The notes beneath the pieces are model-generated. The model did not search any database. It was not told the origin of the DNA and saw only the letters and a list, made by a program, of their open reading frames with translations. The position numbers and the translations under genes were made by a program. A stretch of 59,119 bases of DNA, filler included, from Sphacelaria rigidula (Eukaryota), in assembly GCA_964200075.2 (NCBI GenBank). It is 7 parts of 7 records of this genome, joined end to end, with 100 filler letters (N's around TTAATTAATTAA, not from the genome) between each part and the next. Parts side by side here need not be neighbours in the genome. Positions count along the whole stretch, not along the records: positions 1 to 8,361 come from CAXNAA020011393.1; positions 8,462 to 16,821 come from CAXNAA020011394.1; 5 more parts are not named here. One strand, 5' to 3'. Of this stretch, positions 1 through 12,200 are shown one piece after another (position 1 is the first letter of the stretch; each line of letters starts with the position of its first letter).

Positions 1-88
1 GTGAGGTTAGTCTTTCTGGATCATGCATACTTTTTTTTGCTTGAAATTGATGCCGATTCAACAGAAGACTAACCTCGCGGTCTAGGAG
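1..88. mobile_element. ~100-bp TTAA-flanked (piggyBac-like) MITE, truncated by contig start
   Basis: Near reverse complement of 1556-1652; followed by TTAA at 89-92. Confidence 0.7.
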
Positions 89-257
89 TTAACTGTACGT
101 CATTACCCATCAATCGGTGTTTTGTTTTTCTATTCACGCATCACCCGCCGTTTCTACCTTTTGATCGCACGCTCCCGTTCGGTTTGGTCGTGCATTTCGT
201 TTGCCTTGAATGATGATGGCAAATGGTGAAAAAAAAAATCGGCAACCCAACGAGCAG

Positions 258-386
258 ATCCAGTCGCAGCTGGTGCAGACGGACGCGCAGCTGAAGCCGA
301 TGGTGAAGGGCGTGCCACAGACTACGGCGGAGTGTCACACTAGCCTGATGAAGATCGTCAGTGACTACTGTCGATTACTGCGGCAG
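258..386 (+). CDS. Mx-like dynamin exon (GC donor at 387 preferred; alternative GT donor at 357)
   Basis: CAG acceptor 255-257; open frame IQSQLVQTDAQLK...RLLRQ; CAG|GCGAGT donor. Confidence 0.7.
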
Positions 387-3300
387 GCGAGTTGGAGTTC
401 TGTCACCACACCCACTGTACTTGTACGGTTGGAGGCGTGTTTTTTCGTTATGAAAAAATGGATTGTGTCTGTGAATGTGTGCTTAGTGTTTGTACCTGTA
501 TTCAATGCTTGTCGACTGAATTTGTTGCTCATACGCGTCAGTTTTCAAGTGGTGTTCCGCCGGCATGGACGTTCATGAGCTCTCAGCCAATGCATCTTGC
601 GTCCCGTCCCGTCCCGTCCCCCCTTCTCCCTTTTGTCGATGTTTTGAATGTTTTGATCCGTAGAGGCGCCAGACCTCACCTCGGAATAAAAACGCTGTCT
701 CAGCTTCGCCGCCGGTGACCCCATCGTTGCAGCGGAAGATCTTGAATAATATTGTACCCCCCTTGCCCTCGAATGGCGAAAAATACATGCTGCTTGTTTC
801 GTGTCATCTGACCCCTGAGATGCCATTTCTTAATATCCACATTTTTTTAATATCTCCCGCGGTTCATCTATTGATGGGGTGGATCATCTTCTGCATTTGG
901 CGCCGAAGAGGGTGTAACGTTACCTCGTTCATACATGTAAATGTCAAATAAGCATTTGGCGGAACTCATCATCGTATGATGCTCGTCAAAAAAATTGTCA
1001 TGAAATTTTTTCGTTCATCCCAAAACCTTTAACTGAGAGTGGTTCCCTATGGGCGGTAAAAAATTACCATTCATTTTTCATGTTTGGCCTGACCTCCCCT
1101 TCCGTACAGGTGTCGGTCATGTCCCCACCTAATCCCCGCCCCCCGTTTGAAGAGTGCAGGCATAACTGCGGGTAAGAGTCCACACCCTCGATTTGAAGGA
1201 ATTCAGGTCTCCCAGGCGCAGGTTATTGGTGAAGTCACGCCTTCCTGTCTCCACAAACATGTAACAATCCGACTACTTTACTGTGCTGCACGGTCGGGCG
1301 ACTCGTGTTATACCGTACCTCTAAACTACCATATTTCTGCTGTGGTCTGTATACTACTCACCGTCTGCAAACCTCCCCACACGTACCTTTTTGTTGTTTG
1401 ATAGTTTTTTTTCCCTCCCTCAAGCCAAGAGAGTGGAAGATTGTATGCCTCTGCGCATTAACCACTACTGAATGGCGCGAGAGGTGTCGGGGAAATTTTC
1501 TTGTGAACCATTCGACGGCCAGGGATGAGCTATGTGTGCGATGGGTATCACTTAACCCTCAGCCCGCGGATTAGTCTTCTGTTGAATCGGCATCAATTTC
1601 AAGCGAAAAAAAGTATGCATGATCCAGAAAGACTAATCTCGCGGTGTAAAGGTTAAACTTGAGAACAGATTACCGACTCTGATGGTCAAAGGCTCCAGGA
1701 CTGTTTGATTTCTGTCTAGACACATGAAGTAATTCATTTACCTCAAAACGCCCGAAAAACACATGAAAGAGTTGACTTGCTCTACTCCCACCCGAGTGTG
1801 TTTTATTTTTTTATTTTTCATCGTGGTTGTTGGCTTCCCCTTCCCTACTGACCTGCTCTGTCCCGCAGTCGGCGAGAGGCTACTACCGAGACGATGTGCT
1901 TTCGGCTAAACCTGCACTTCGACTTCACGCGGCCAGTCAATCCATCTTTCGACAGCTGCACCAAAACATTGCCGCCACGGTACCGGGATTCAATGACATG
2001 GGCTTTGGGGACAGGTTGGGGAGAGAAATTTCTGCATTGAGAGGCCGAGAAATGCCGGGGTTTCTCAATCACCAGGTACGTTCTCATTTTTGAACCCTTC
2101 CCCTCCCCCTGCTCTGTCTCGAAATGGATGCGTGGTCAATGATCGAATCACTAAGGCAGGCAACAAATAAGGACCCCCCCTCCCCCCACCGTTTTGAATC
2201 AAGAACGTTGGCGTAATCATGGGTGATATTTCCAGCCCCAAGTTTTGCGAACTGGAGTGAAGTCTCTCGGGCGACGGTCGTTCGTGAGCTCACGTCCTAT
2301 AATGGGATCCTGGAAAATAGGAACTCTTTTTTTTGGAGTCAAGTGAGGCCATTTTTGCAGATAAGATTGGCTGATGTTACCGGTTGTTCCGTTGCCTCTG
2401 CCAAAGGCTCCATGGACGATTTCGGTTATTCGTTCCCTAACCCTGAGTCCGCAAGAGTAGTCCATCTTGATCATTGAAAAAGAAAATCAAATTGATGCCG
2501 ATTCAACAGGTGACCCACTCTCGCTTTTCCAGGGTCAAACGTCGTTTTCTTTTTCTCTTCTTTTCTTCTCGACTCACCTTGTTCGCTTGCTTGCTTGATT
2601 GATTGATTGCCGTCCAGGTGTTCTATGGCTTCATGATCCAAAACGTCGAGACATGGCGGCAGCCCGTTGAATCCTGTCGAACACAGGCAGCTAACGCAGC
2701 GTTGACCGTCGCCTCCTTGCTCGTAGAAACCTTGGCCATCCAGTTCCCGAGGTTGTGTTCGGCCGTGAGGGATGCCCTTGCGGGGCTGGTGGAGCAACTT
2801 GCTGAGGAGGTCAGCGTCAGGTAATAGCTTGATTGAGTGCCTCGATGATCGGTTGGTGGGTCGGTGGCCTGTCGCACGTCAACGGCAGGCTTTCGCTTTT
2901 TCTGCTTTTGCATAATTCGCATAAATTATGCACTCTTGCTCTTAGGTCTTGCACACGAAACGAATCTAGGTGATTGTAACGCCTCGGCGGGGTTTCCGCT
3001 TGAAAATGACCCCCATTTTGAACAAGACTCAAAATTATTTTGGAAAAAAACCTATCAGAAGCAAAACGCCTAGTGAACGGATCCGCTACAGACCGTGGTC
3101 ATAAGATAGTGATGGACTGAAGTACCTAGTGGATTCCGGAATAGCCCCGTGTTGATATATTGTGGGATTGCCATTGGGTGTCTATCCGCTTTTCTCACGT
3201 GTCGCACAGGCTGCTGTACGACATTTTGACCTAGAGTCGGGGGGTGAGATCTGAAGAGAGTATCGTTGTCTTCTGTGAACATGCTTCCTCTGTTTCGTTA

Positions 3301-5464
3301 GTTTGCTTGTTTATGGGGCGCGGATGAAATCACGCCACTCTCGTCCAATTTCTTGGTCGTCTACCAAATTTTCACTGTGACATGAGGTGATGGAGCTAAC
3401 AAGCGGATTCCAACAGGGCGCAGGCAGCGGAGTTCAAGAGAAAATTGAAATTACGACGTCTCTCGCGTTTTTTGCAATTTTTGCAATTTATGCAAGCTTT
3501 CCATTTTCTTCATTTTCTCCATTTCCTTCATTTTTGGGGCAATAAGAGGGCGAAATGAGGATATTTTGGGACCGTCTGAGTTTTTCGGCCGTTTGGCCGC
3601 CTGAAGCAAAGGGTAGCTTAAAGAAAGGGGCAATTATTACCTTAGATGAAACGTCACTAAATTCAAAAGCAGAAAATCGTGTACAGTTAATACTCCATAC
3701 AAACATTACCAAGAAAACTGATGGGACAGTGGAAGCAGCACGTGGTTGTGTTTCCTAGTGCAACAGTAGGGTCCTCGTATAGTGCGGTGGGTCGCCAGCC
3801 CGACATGATCGCACTATTCTGGAACCATATACTCTACTGGTAAAAGAGCAATTACTTGATTTGTTAGTACTAGCAGTGGATCGGACTTGTGACCGGTGAT
3901 TGTGGCTGCACCGTAGCGAGACCCTAGCTGTACCGGGCGTTAGCTCGCAGTACTGCACAGGTTCGTCGGGTAATCAGTGCCGGGATATTTTGGTCACATT
4001 TTTCTGTATGTTGAGACGTGCGTATGTATAGACCATGAGTGCTTGCAGGTTACCCCGGAGAACAGTTTCTGTATGCACTCTTCATAGAGGCGAACCTCTT
4101 CTTTTTTGTTTATGCGTGTCGAATATGATTTTAACGTGTCTTGCTAGGATCGACGAGATCTTCCAGAAAGAGTCAGATCCTTTCACCACGAATGAAGGTA
4201 TGCTGGAGGTCATCAACACCATCCGCTTCAGGCACTTCGACAAGGCGGTCGAGGTATGTTAACTCTTTTTTCGATTTTCATATTTGATGGTGGGTCCGTG
4301 CCGCACGTGAGTTTGTCTGTTCGCCTCCCTCGGAACTGTGCTGCTGCGTTGTTCTTGTCTGGTTCCGTGATCGGTCAAGAGTCAAGAGATGCTTCACGTC
4401 ATTGTCCGTGTGGAGACGAGCATTGCGTCATGGCTTATGGTTGGTGGTCGATGGTGTATCGTCCATGTCAGCGTACAGTATGCTGATTCTGAATTGATGA
4501 TTGGAGAGTAGAATACATATATGTATACTTCCTCTGTCCCATAAGTAACGGTACCTAAATTTGTACGGGCCCCTAACGATGTCCGTTTTTTTTTTTTTAA
4601 TGAACTCTACTGTGTTTATTGGGTGAAGAAAATATGTTCGAAATTTGCAGCTCATGCTTGAACCATGCCGCCGACCGGCTGCAAAAAAAGTAGTCGGCCC
4701 AAAAATGGCCGTTTTATTGCCCCTTTCCGAGGGGAAAAAAGTGTCGTTTTTTTATTTTTATTTGTTTTGACCGCGTGGGAATTCCTGGCAGCAAGCTCCA
4801 GTGAAGCCCCAGTCAAGGCGGGGGCGATTGAAAAAAATTCAAGAAAAATAATCGACACTTTTTTCCCCTCGGAAAGAGGCAAAAAAACGGCCACTTTTGG
4901 GCCGACTATTTTTTTCGCAGCCGTTCGGCGGCATGGTTCAAGCACGAGCTGCAAATTTCAAACACATTTTCTTACCCAAAAAACACCGTAGAGTTCGTTA
5001 AAAAAATTAAAACGATCGGACATCCTTAAGGGCCCGTACAAATTTAGGTACCTTTACTTATGGGAGAGAGGAAGTATACATATATATATATACACACACA
5101 TTTGCTTCGCTTTCTCAGCATATACTTACGAGTATTTAGCACAGCCACACTGTTGTCCAAACGTTTCACGTTACCTTGTTGTTATCATTCATGGGTGTTG
5201 TGGTTGATTGTAACGTCATTATCCGTTGTCATCATCATTCGCTGGTTTTGCTATGATTTTTGTTGTACTCGTCCTTTTTCACTGCTGTCATCATTTATTG
5301 GTGTCGGGTGTTCCGTGAAGGACGCCATGGACGAGGCCGGAGAAACACCGGAAAACATGGAAGCACTCAAGACAGCGGTGATGGAGAAGCTGGGGGAGTG
5401 GTACATGCGAAACCACGGTGTGGGAACGATGGCGAATGTCGAGGATATGTGTACCCTCCTCCAG
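258..5464 (+). CDS. Partial spliced gene: dynamin-related GTPase, Mx-like, middle/stalk domain (exons 258-386, 1869-2075, 2618-2820, 4148-4253, 5321-5464). GTPase and GED exons not found in the contig.
   Basis: Five AG-bounded exons splice in consistent phase (0,0,2,0) into one open frame: IQSQLVQTDAQLKPM...IVSDYCRLLRQ|SARGYYRD...EISALRGREMPGFLNHQ|VFYGFMIQNVETWRQP...QFPRL...|RIDEIFQKESDPFTTN...|...VEDMCTLLQ. RGRE(L/M)PGF is the stalk motif known from Mx-type dynamins. Confidence 0.85.
1556..1652. mobile_element. ~100-bp TTAA-flanked (piggyBac-like) MITE
   Basis: TTAA at 1552-1555 and 1653-1656; imperfect TIRs CCCTCAGCCCGCGGATTAGTC...GACTAATCTCGCGGTGTAAAGG. Confidence 0.75.
1869..2075 (+). 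CDS. Mx-like dynamin exon containing RGREMPGF
   Basis: CTGAC branch-like site and CGCAG acceptor; CAG|GTACGT donor; 69 codons. Confidence 0.88.
2441..2534. mobile_element. Diverged copy of the TTAA MITE
   Basis: Shared core AAATTGATGCCGATTCAACAG; CCCT...AGGG ends; CTAA/TCAA flanks. Confidence 0.6.
2618..2820 (+). CDS. Mx-like dynamin exon
   Basis: TCCAG acceptor, CAG|GTAATA donor, ends in phase 2 matching the next exon. Confidence 0.85.
4148..4253 (+). CDS. Mx-like dynamin exon
   Basis: GCTAG acceptor, GAG|GTATGT donor; IDEIFQKESDPFTTNEGMLEVINTIR resembles the end of the dynamin stalk. Confidence 0.85.
4528..5074. mobile_element. Tc1/mariner (Stowaway-like) fold-back MITE in the Mx intron
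   Basis: TA on both flanks; termini CTTCCTCTGTCCCATAAGTAA...TTACTTATGGGAGAGAGGAAG; inverted arms continue about 200 bp inward. Confidence 0.85.
5321..5464 (+). CDS. Mx-like dynamin exon (region just before the GED)
   Basis: TGAAG acceptor, CAG|GTGCCA donor, 48 codons in frame. Confidence 0.75.
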
Positions 5465-6724
5465 GTGCCATTTTTTTGTCGTTAATATGATGCTTGTGTG
5501 CAATATTTTGGAATGTCCCGTGTCCTCATGCCTGTGCTGACAATATTTGTTTTTTGGGGCGTTTTTTTTTGTCCCTTTGAGGAGCTAGGCTATGAAAAAG
5601 CTTACACCCAGAACTTTCCACGATTATTCAGGCATGTACACTGGTTACCCCGAAGATGTGGTTACAGTTGAATCATGTGGGCCGGGAGGGTGGTGTGGAG
5701 CTCTCACCTATCAAGTCACGCTTCACTGTGCTGCATAGCTCGACTCGGTGCAGTCGCTGGTCACCCTACCCAATGATGGCTTCGATTCCCGTTAGCAGTC
5801 ACTAATGTGTGGCGTCTGACCAACAGTCAGGCCTTTTATTTATTATCGTACCTAGTACTTACCGTCTTTGAAACATCATGTCAGAAGTCACCACGAAGCC
5901 CGGAGGCGGGGGAGGGGGAGGGGGAGGGGGGTGATTTACTCGTGTGTTTCTGACCTTGTTGTTTGACCATTTGCCACGCACCCCGGGGGGGCGGGAGGGG
6001 GGAGTACAGGCCTCATCACCTCGATTATCTTCACCAGTAAGTCTCCGCACTATCAGACGATCCCGTTCAATGGATTATCTGGACAACGCGTTTCCTCGAC
6101 GTGATCTCCGTAGCGTTCACGAGTAGTAGTGGCCGTAGTGGTATTGATCTTGTAGTTTTTTGTTGAGACGGGTGGTATCCTCCGTGTGTGTTCCTGTTGA
6201 GAAACGTGGCAGGAAAAGGCGAATACTTGGAAATGGAAAGGGATATAATTTTATGAAAAATATGTCTTGCTGTCATCCCGCACACCGTGCTGTGACTTCC
6301 CGGGACCCCTTTGGTCATGAGATGGTGAATTGGACCACATACTCCGCATGCACTCCAATGTCCCTCCGCCCCTGCTGGGGTGCGATTGTGTGAAACACTT
6401 TGAACACTTGGACATCCGAAGAGTAGGCGGAAATGTGGCTGAGGTTTGGTTCGGTGATGCGCAAGCTTGTTGTCTGTGATAAAGCAGCGGGCACCCTAAC
6501 GTGTATAATGTGTTGACTTTTCGTCACGATTCGACCTCACTGCAATAATGTGGATGCGTATCATAGTAGATAAATGATATTTAGTTGGTCTGTGTATCGT
6601 GCGCAGAAAATGGCGGGACCGGAAACAGTATACCAAATGCAGGATACAACAGACACACACGTACATTGGAATATGGCACGTTGATAAATGGTATACGTGC
6701 TGGAATATGGCACAAACATGGGAA

Positions 6725-6943
6725 TAATTGGGTGGTCAAGAAGCGGAATACACACGACAGCAGCAGACATCAACAAAAGGGCGATGACGATTAGTAAAAG
6801 GTTCGACCAGCCTTCCCCATCCGCGACGGTTCGTAAGTGTGGCCCTGCCGAATGGTTCGTTCCAGGGGCTGCTCCCATGGGCCGACATTAAACCAAACAA
6901 ACCCACGTTCAAAATGCGGAGGCAACAAGAAGACGTGTGTGTT
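6725..6943. repeat. 219-bp direct repeat, copy 1
   Basis: Nearly identical to 8143-8361 (4 mismatches counted by eye). Confidence 0.9.
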
Positions 6944-7704
6944 ATTTTCGTCTTGTTCCATGTGGACGTGGAAGACGGCGTAAATACTTCACTCACAGGG
7001 AGGAGAGGTATTGGAAGGGGTATGTGGCGGGTTGATAGCTCGTCATGTACTCGACTTTCCCTTCTCGCTCCTGTGCTACGGCACGTCCAAAGGTTAATGG
7101 ATTGTGCCGTGGTGTCTTTTTTTCACGGGGGGGGGTTTATCCACCTCGTTTTCCGCGACATTTTTCCCCCCTTTTCTTTTTTTTTTTGTTGAAGAAAAGG
7201 GGGAAACGGCTGCTTGTGAAGAAGAGGATGTGAAGAAAGGCGGATTGTTTATCCGAGCAGGGAAGCAGAAGATCCATGACTTTCCTGTTTTGTGCACTTT
7301 TTTTTCGTATCTTTTTCTGCTTCGATCAGCCGACATATTGTCGGGACATGGGTAACCGTTGGCGAACTGGGAGGGCGTGAGAAAATTTAGGCGAGACTGA
7401 GCCCTTTTGAAATAGTGAAGGCGGGGGGGGGGGGAGAAGACTCGATCAATCAGGATGGCGAAAAATATTTGGGATTCTTCGAAGAAGTAGCACATTTGTG
7501 GTGAACGATTGTTTCGCTGGTGCACAGGCTTTGTCGTCTGTGGTGGCAGAGCCGGCATAAAAAATGTGCGGGATGTCGATTTGTCATGAGGTGTCGATCG
7601 AATCACAATGATGTAAATGTGCGGTAAAGATGTTCGGGTGATGGCGGAGCGGAAAACATTAAATTCACGACATGATAGACATTACACATTCCTTGAGATA
7701 TGAC

Positions 7705-8061
7705 ACGCGTTCTGGACTCAGTTGATAACCTCGAAATCCTCTGACGGTTGGGTCGTGGGTCTGGATCTCGGTGAAGTCACACGATCTGGGATTTCTCCTC
7801 ACATCACGGCCAACAGTGGAGAGTGCCCATGTCGTGAGTACACAAATCTGACTTCACGGTCGACGAGGGAAAGGGACTGCTGAACCCTTCTCGCGATAGA
7901 CAGTAAGGCAAATGCCGCAGAAGGAACGTGGAGCACCGAAACAAGTAAAACAACAAGCTCTTATTTTGACCTTTCGTTCTGTGTGACCCCGGCTGATGCG
8001 CCCACATATACCGGAAGGTGTAGACTGGCGTCCGGATGACATAAGATGACAGCATACACAC
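7705..8061 (+). mobile_element. tRNA-derived SINE (diverged)
   Basis: Reverse-complement homolog of 20780-21131; degenerate A/B-box head; CA-repeat tail. Confidence 0.75.
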
Positions 8062-8142
8062 TCATCATGATACGACCCAGACTCTGTACATAAGCATGCG
8101 AATATAGACGCAAACATATGCTCACGCTCCCACGAGACAAAG

Positions 8143-8361
8143 TAATTGGGTGATCGAGAAGCCGAATACACACGACAGCAGCAGACATCAACAAAAGGGC
8201 GATGACGATTAGTAAAAGGTTCGACCAGCCTTCCCCATCCGCGACGGTTCGTAAGTGTGGCCCTGCCGAATGGTTCGTTCCAGGGGCTGCTCCCATGGGC
8301 CGACATTAAACCAAACAAACCCATGTTCAAAATGCGGAGGCAACAAGAAGACGTGTGTGTT
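8143..8361. repeat. 219-bp direct repeat, copy 2 (at contig end)
   Basis: Nearly identical to 6725-6943. Confidence 0.9.
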
Positions 8362-8461
8362 NNNNNNNNNNNNNNNNNNNNNNNNNNNNNNNNNNNNNNN
8401 NNNNNTTAATTAATTAANNNNNNNNNNNNNNNNNNNNNNNNNNNNNNNNNNNNNNNNNNNN
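8362..8461. other. Artificial contig spacer
   Basis: N44-TTAATTAATTAA-N44. Confidence 0.98.
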
Positions 8462-9104
8462 GGGGGTCCGCCCCTACAAAGCCGGGACGGAGCACGCCGG
8501 GTTTTTGCCGGACCAGGCTGGTTCGGGTGGGGGACTGTCACGGATTTTCTCTAGGCATGAGCGACCTACACATATGCAGCAAATGGGATGGCGAAAAATA
8601 AGTTCCCATTTTTGACGTTCTCGGGTAGTTCGGGGCAGGAGGGGAGAAGAGGAAAAGCGGAGAGGGAGGGGGGGGGGGGGGGGGAGGAGTAGCATATCGG
8701 GGGTGACATGCATATAAAGCGGGGGTCGGGGGTTATGTACCCTATCCACTGCACAGGTCTACAGTATACACTTCATTATGGTTCAGGGCGCGAAACTGCA
8801 GAGCTATTGGACGGAGCGATGAAACGGGTGTTTTTCCCCGCTGTTCATGGTTAGAACGGCGATAAGGGAAGATCGGCCTCGAAATTTCATAGAGACGAGG
8901 CGGGTCCGGCGATCGCATGCTTTTACATGCGCTATCATTTTTTAGCTTATAATTATTTCCGCACATTGGCCTTCCCTCTCGAACCAGTGATCACAGACGT
9001 GGGCTCGCTTTTCCAGTACCATCACGCATGTTCCCTACAAAAAGAAAAACGAAAAAAGCCGCTAATGACTTTTTCCCGGAAGTCGGGAAACAAGGCAAAT
9101 TCAA

Positions 9105-9204
9105 CCTCAGATCGCGATGGGCGTAGTCCGTCTGGATCACGTATACTTTCTTCAAGTGAAATTGATACCGATTCAGCAGATGACCTACCCTCGCGGTCAA
9201 AGGG
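9105..9204. mobile_element. Diverged copy of the TTAA MITE
   Basis: Shared core GAAATTGATACCGATTCAGCAG; AGGG end; TCAA/TTGA flanks. Confidence 0.6.
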
Positions 9205-12200
9205 TTGACACGAAAATAACCAAAAAAGAGACAAAAAAAAGCCCTTCCCCGCGAGTTGGTTGAGGTTTGGTAAAAAACACATACTTTAGATTCACCGATG
9301 AAGTAAACAAATATTCATGTATATATACAATCTTGATTCAAGTACGGGTTGATGATTCGGGTATTTTGGGGGCATGCGGGGCGGGACGTATTGTAGACGG
9401 GAGGTATACCGATCCCGTTACCTGTAAAAAATGACCAGATACGACGGGAAGTCTGAGGTTGAAAGTTTAGTGGGGACGAAACGAGACTGCACGTCGGATA
9501 ACCCGTAATATGCCCGTCCCGTAAAAAGTTCTGTGCGGTAATCACTGGTACTGTTGTCGGCAAAGTTTTCGGCACAAATCGTCAAATTACGGTTACATTC
9601 TCGGTCGGTTACGGCTGCTGTCCTTGGTACGCGGCATGCAACACAGTAGTGCAGTCGGTCCAACGATTGGGACTTAGCTCAAAGACGGGAGCATGTACCG
9701 CGGCGGCCTATATTGGTCCACAGTAGTGAGTACACATTCTCACGTGATGAACGGGGACAAAACGCAAGACCGAACAGGCCATAGCTAGTGTAACGCAACT
9801 GCCTCCAGTATCACAATTTCCCAATCCTGGGAGTGGTCTCACTGTTGTTGCGTACACATCCTAGCGTGGCGAATGTAAAAAATTTGGAAACGGGCCATAA
9901 AAACATTCGCGTAAAAGACTGATAGAACATGGTGGGGCTGTCCACCACAGAAAGCACAACCCCAGCGGTAATTTGTGGGTGTGCGGGTCCTGTATGTGTT
10001 ACGGAGACGAAACATGCGATGTGTGCTGTGGGCGGTAGCCGAGTGCGGAGTAAGGAAGTGTGGGCCTGTAGTCGATGCTGTCGATACCGTGATGGAGCGA
10101 CGCGCCCGTTGCAGCTGCAACTGCTGCGCAATAACATTACGATTGTATGGCACCGACATCCTGTCAATCACGACAAATGTATATGGGCCGGGAAGAGGGT
10201 GCGATATCCACGAACAGAAGTCTTGAGGACGGATCGATATGGCAACGGCGCCCGTAACTTGACTAGTCAACGGGAACGTTCATGTATATTCGTTCAACTT
10301 CGCGCAACGAACTCTGACGTTTCTGGTTGTACCCTACCGAATATACTACTGAAAAACCTCGGCTGTACTTGTGTACCGTGTAGGCTATGGCTGTGCTCAC
10401 TGCAGCCGAAGCTCATGACTGCACACACCTTGATCCAACATGGATGGAATACTTTTTGACCAATACTTGGACGTTTGGAGGGCGCAGAGTATTCTCAATT
10501 TACTCACTGCAGTACAGTACACTACAGTCGGTACTTTATGGAAGCAGTAGAATGTAGCGTTCGATTTCATTCAGCAAAAAAATCGAAGATTAACGACTGT
10601 ACTCGTGAGCGAATGAACACCCTCCGACTGCTCGACTGTACCGCGAACACGACAACAATATGTTGAGAGCATCATCACCGATTGAGCTGTGTTATCTCGC
10701 CTTGTACAATGCACTGCAGCTGTTGCATGGTCATGATCGCGCAAGGTATATTTGGTGCTTTCGTCGACCCTGGCTCTATTTGTACGAGTGGTTTTAGTAA
10801 AGTGAAGTCAATATTATATAGTACCGGCGGACAAAAAGTCGGTGAGATAGCAATACAGGTGCGAAGATCATGCGTCGAACGCTCCTGTGAGCTGGTACTG
10901 TTGTCTGCCAACATTCATGTCTCGAATTTACGGTATTGGAAAAATACAGTGAGTACACACTCAAAAGACAGATGGTTTGACCGTCAGCTGGAACGTGATG
11001 AAATCACGGGCACAGCAGAGAATGCTGCGCTTTCGGAGCCAGATAAAGGTACAGTATGTACGACAGCAGTGTAAGATTACTACTCTCTCGGCGATGGACA
11101 TGCATCTATTTCGTGATCACTTTAGAGCTGCAACATCAGGCTACAACACTACTGAAGAGCGGGCGTACCGACTTTTGGCGGCCTGGGCGGCGACCACTGG
11201 ACCTTAGGTTGAAACAATATAGTTACTGGAGTAATCACAAGACAACGCGAGTATTACTGCATGAAATCAGAACGTGCACAGAACAACCATACTGAGACGA
11301 GTGAACATAGGGATAGCTGCATGCCGAACACCACATGAACATGGCTAAGGCGCCCCGTCCCATTAGCACATGACAACAAAAGGGGTGTTTGTTATGTTTC
11401 ATAACGGCTAGCTGAGGAACGTCGGTATTTTCTGGCCGCTTCAGCAGCAGCTACCCTAAAACCGTGTCTCACAACCGTCTTTCAGGGACCCTGAGTTGAT
11501 GAAACCCAAGAGTGTCCACCGTGGATTGGCGGAGTTGAAGGGAAGGGTGGTGGAGAGGGAGGGCTGCGTATCACCACGGTGAAACGCGCACACCTCCGTA
11601 TATCTGAAAATGGTACTGGGCAACCGTGTGCTGGGCAAAAGCATTAATCGTGATGGGCCGGTGTCTCCGCCAGTCTGTGGATGGAGGAACGTGTTTGAAG
11701 TAATGATGCATATGAAACATCAAACGATCTGAACATCAAACCAACTGAACATCAAACCAACTTTTCTCCCTTAATCCAGTGTCTTTCGTTGAGTGACGAG
11801 GAGAGACTGCTGCTAAAGCGATCGGGCATAGACAACAAAACACGATCACCATCTCCTTTCCTCACCATCATGGATTTCGTCCGTAGTGGTCGCGCTGGAT
11901 AGATCAGAACCGCTGAAGTGCTCACGTGCCCTTGGTGAGTTGTTCTCGTCGTTGCAGGTGCTGGTGGTGGTGAAGTTGATGCCGCGTCTGCAAAACGAGG
12001 AGTCATGACAAAACCCAGGAAAGGGACAGCTTGATGCCAACCAATTGAGAACCCCGATTTTTCCGTGCTGCTGCTCCGAAGTCTCACGATAATAAAGACA
12101 AATGTTGGAGGTAGGCAGGATGCGTTGCACTCAAGTTCCTTATTAGTACCACAATGCGTTGGGCACTTTGCGGTTTTGGTCACACTAGGGCAGATGCTTG

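Noticed and set aside
5738-5800. tRNA-like B box (GCTTCGATTCCC)
   Set aside because: No cloverleaf or clear A box; at most a SINE relic.
5465-8361. Search for the Mx GED exon
   Set aside because: No AY..VA.KRF.D-like exon found; it probably lies beyond the contig end, so truncation of the gene cannot be claimed.
8406-8417. Recurring TTAATTAATTAA palindrome
   Set aside because: Synthetic six-frame-stop linker within N gaps.
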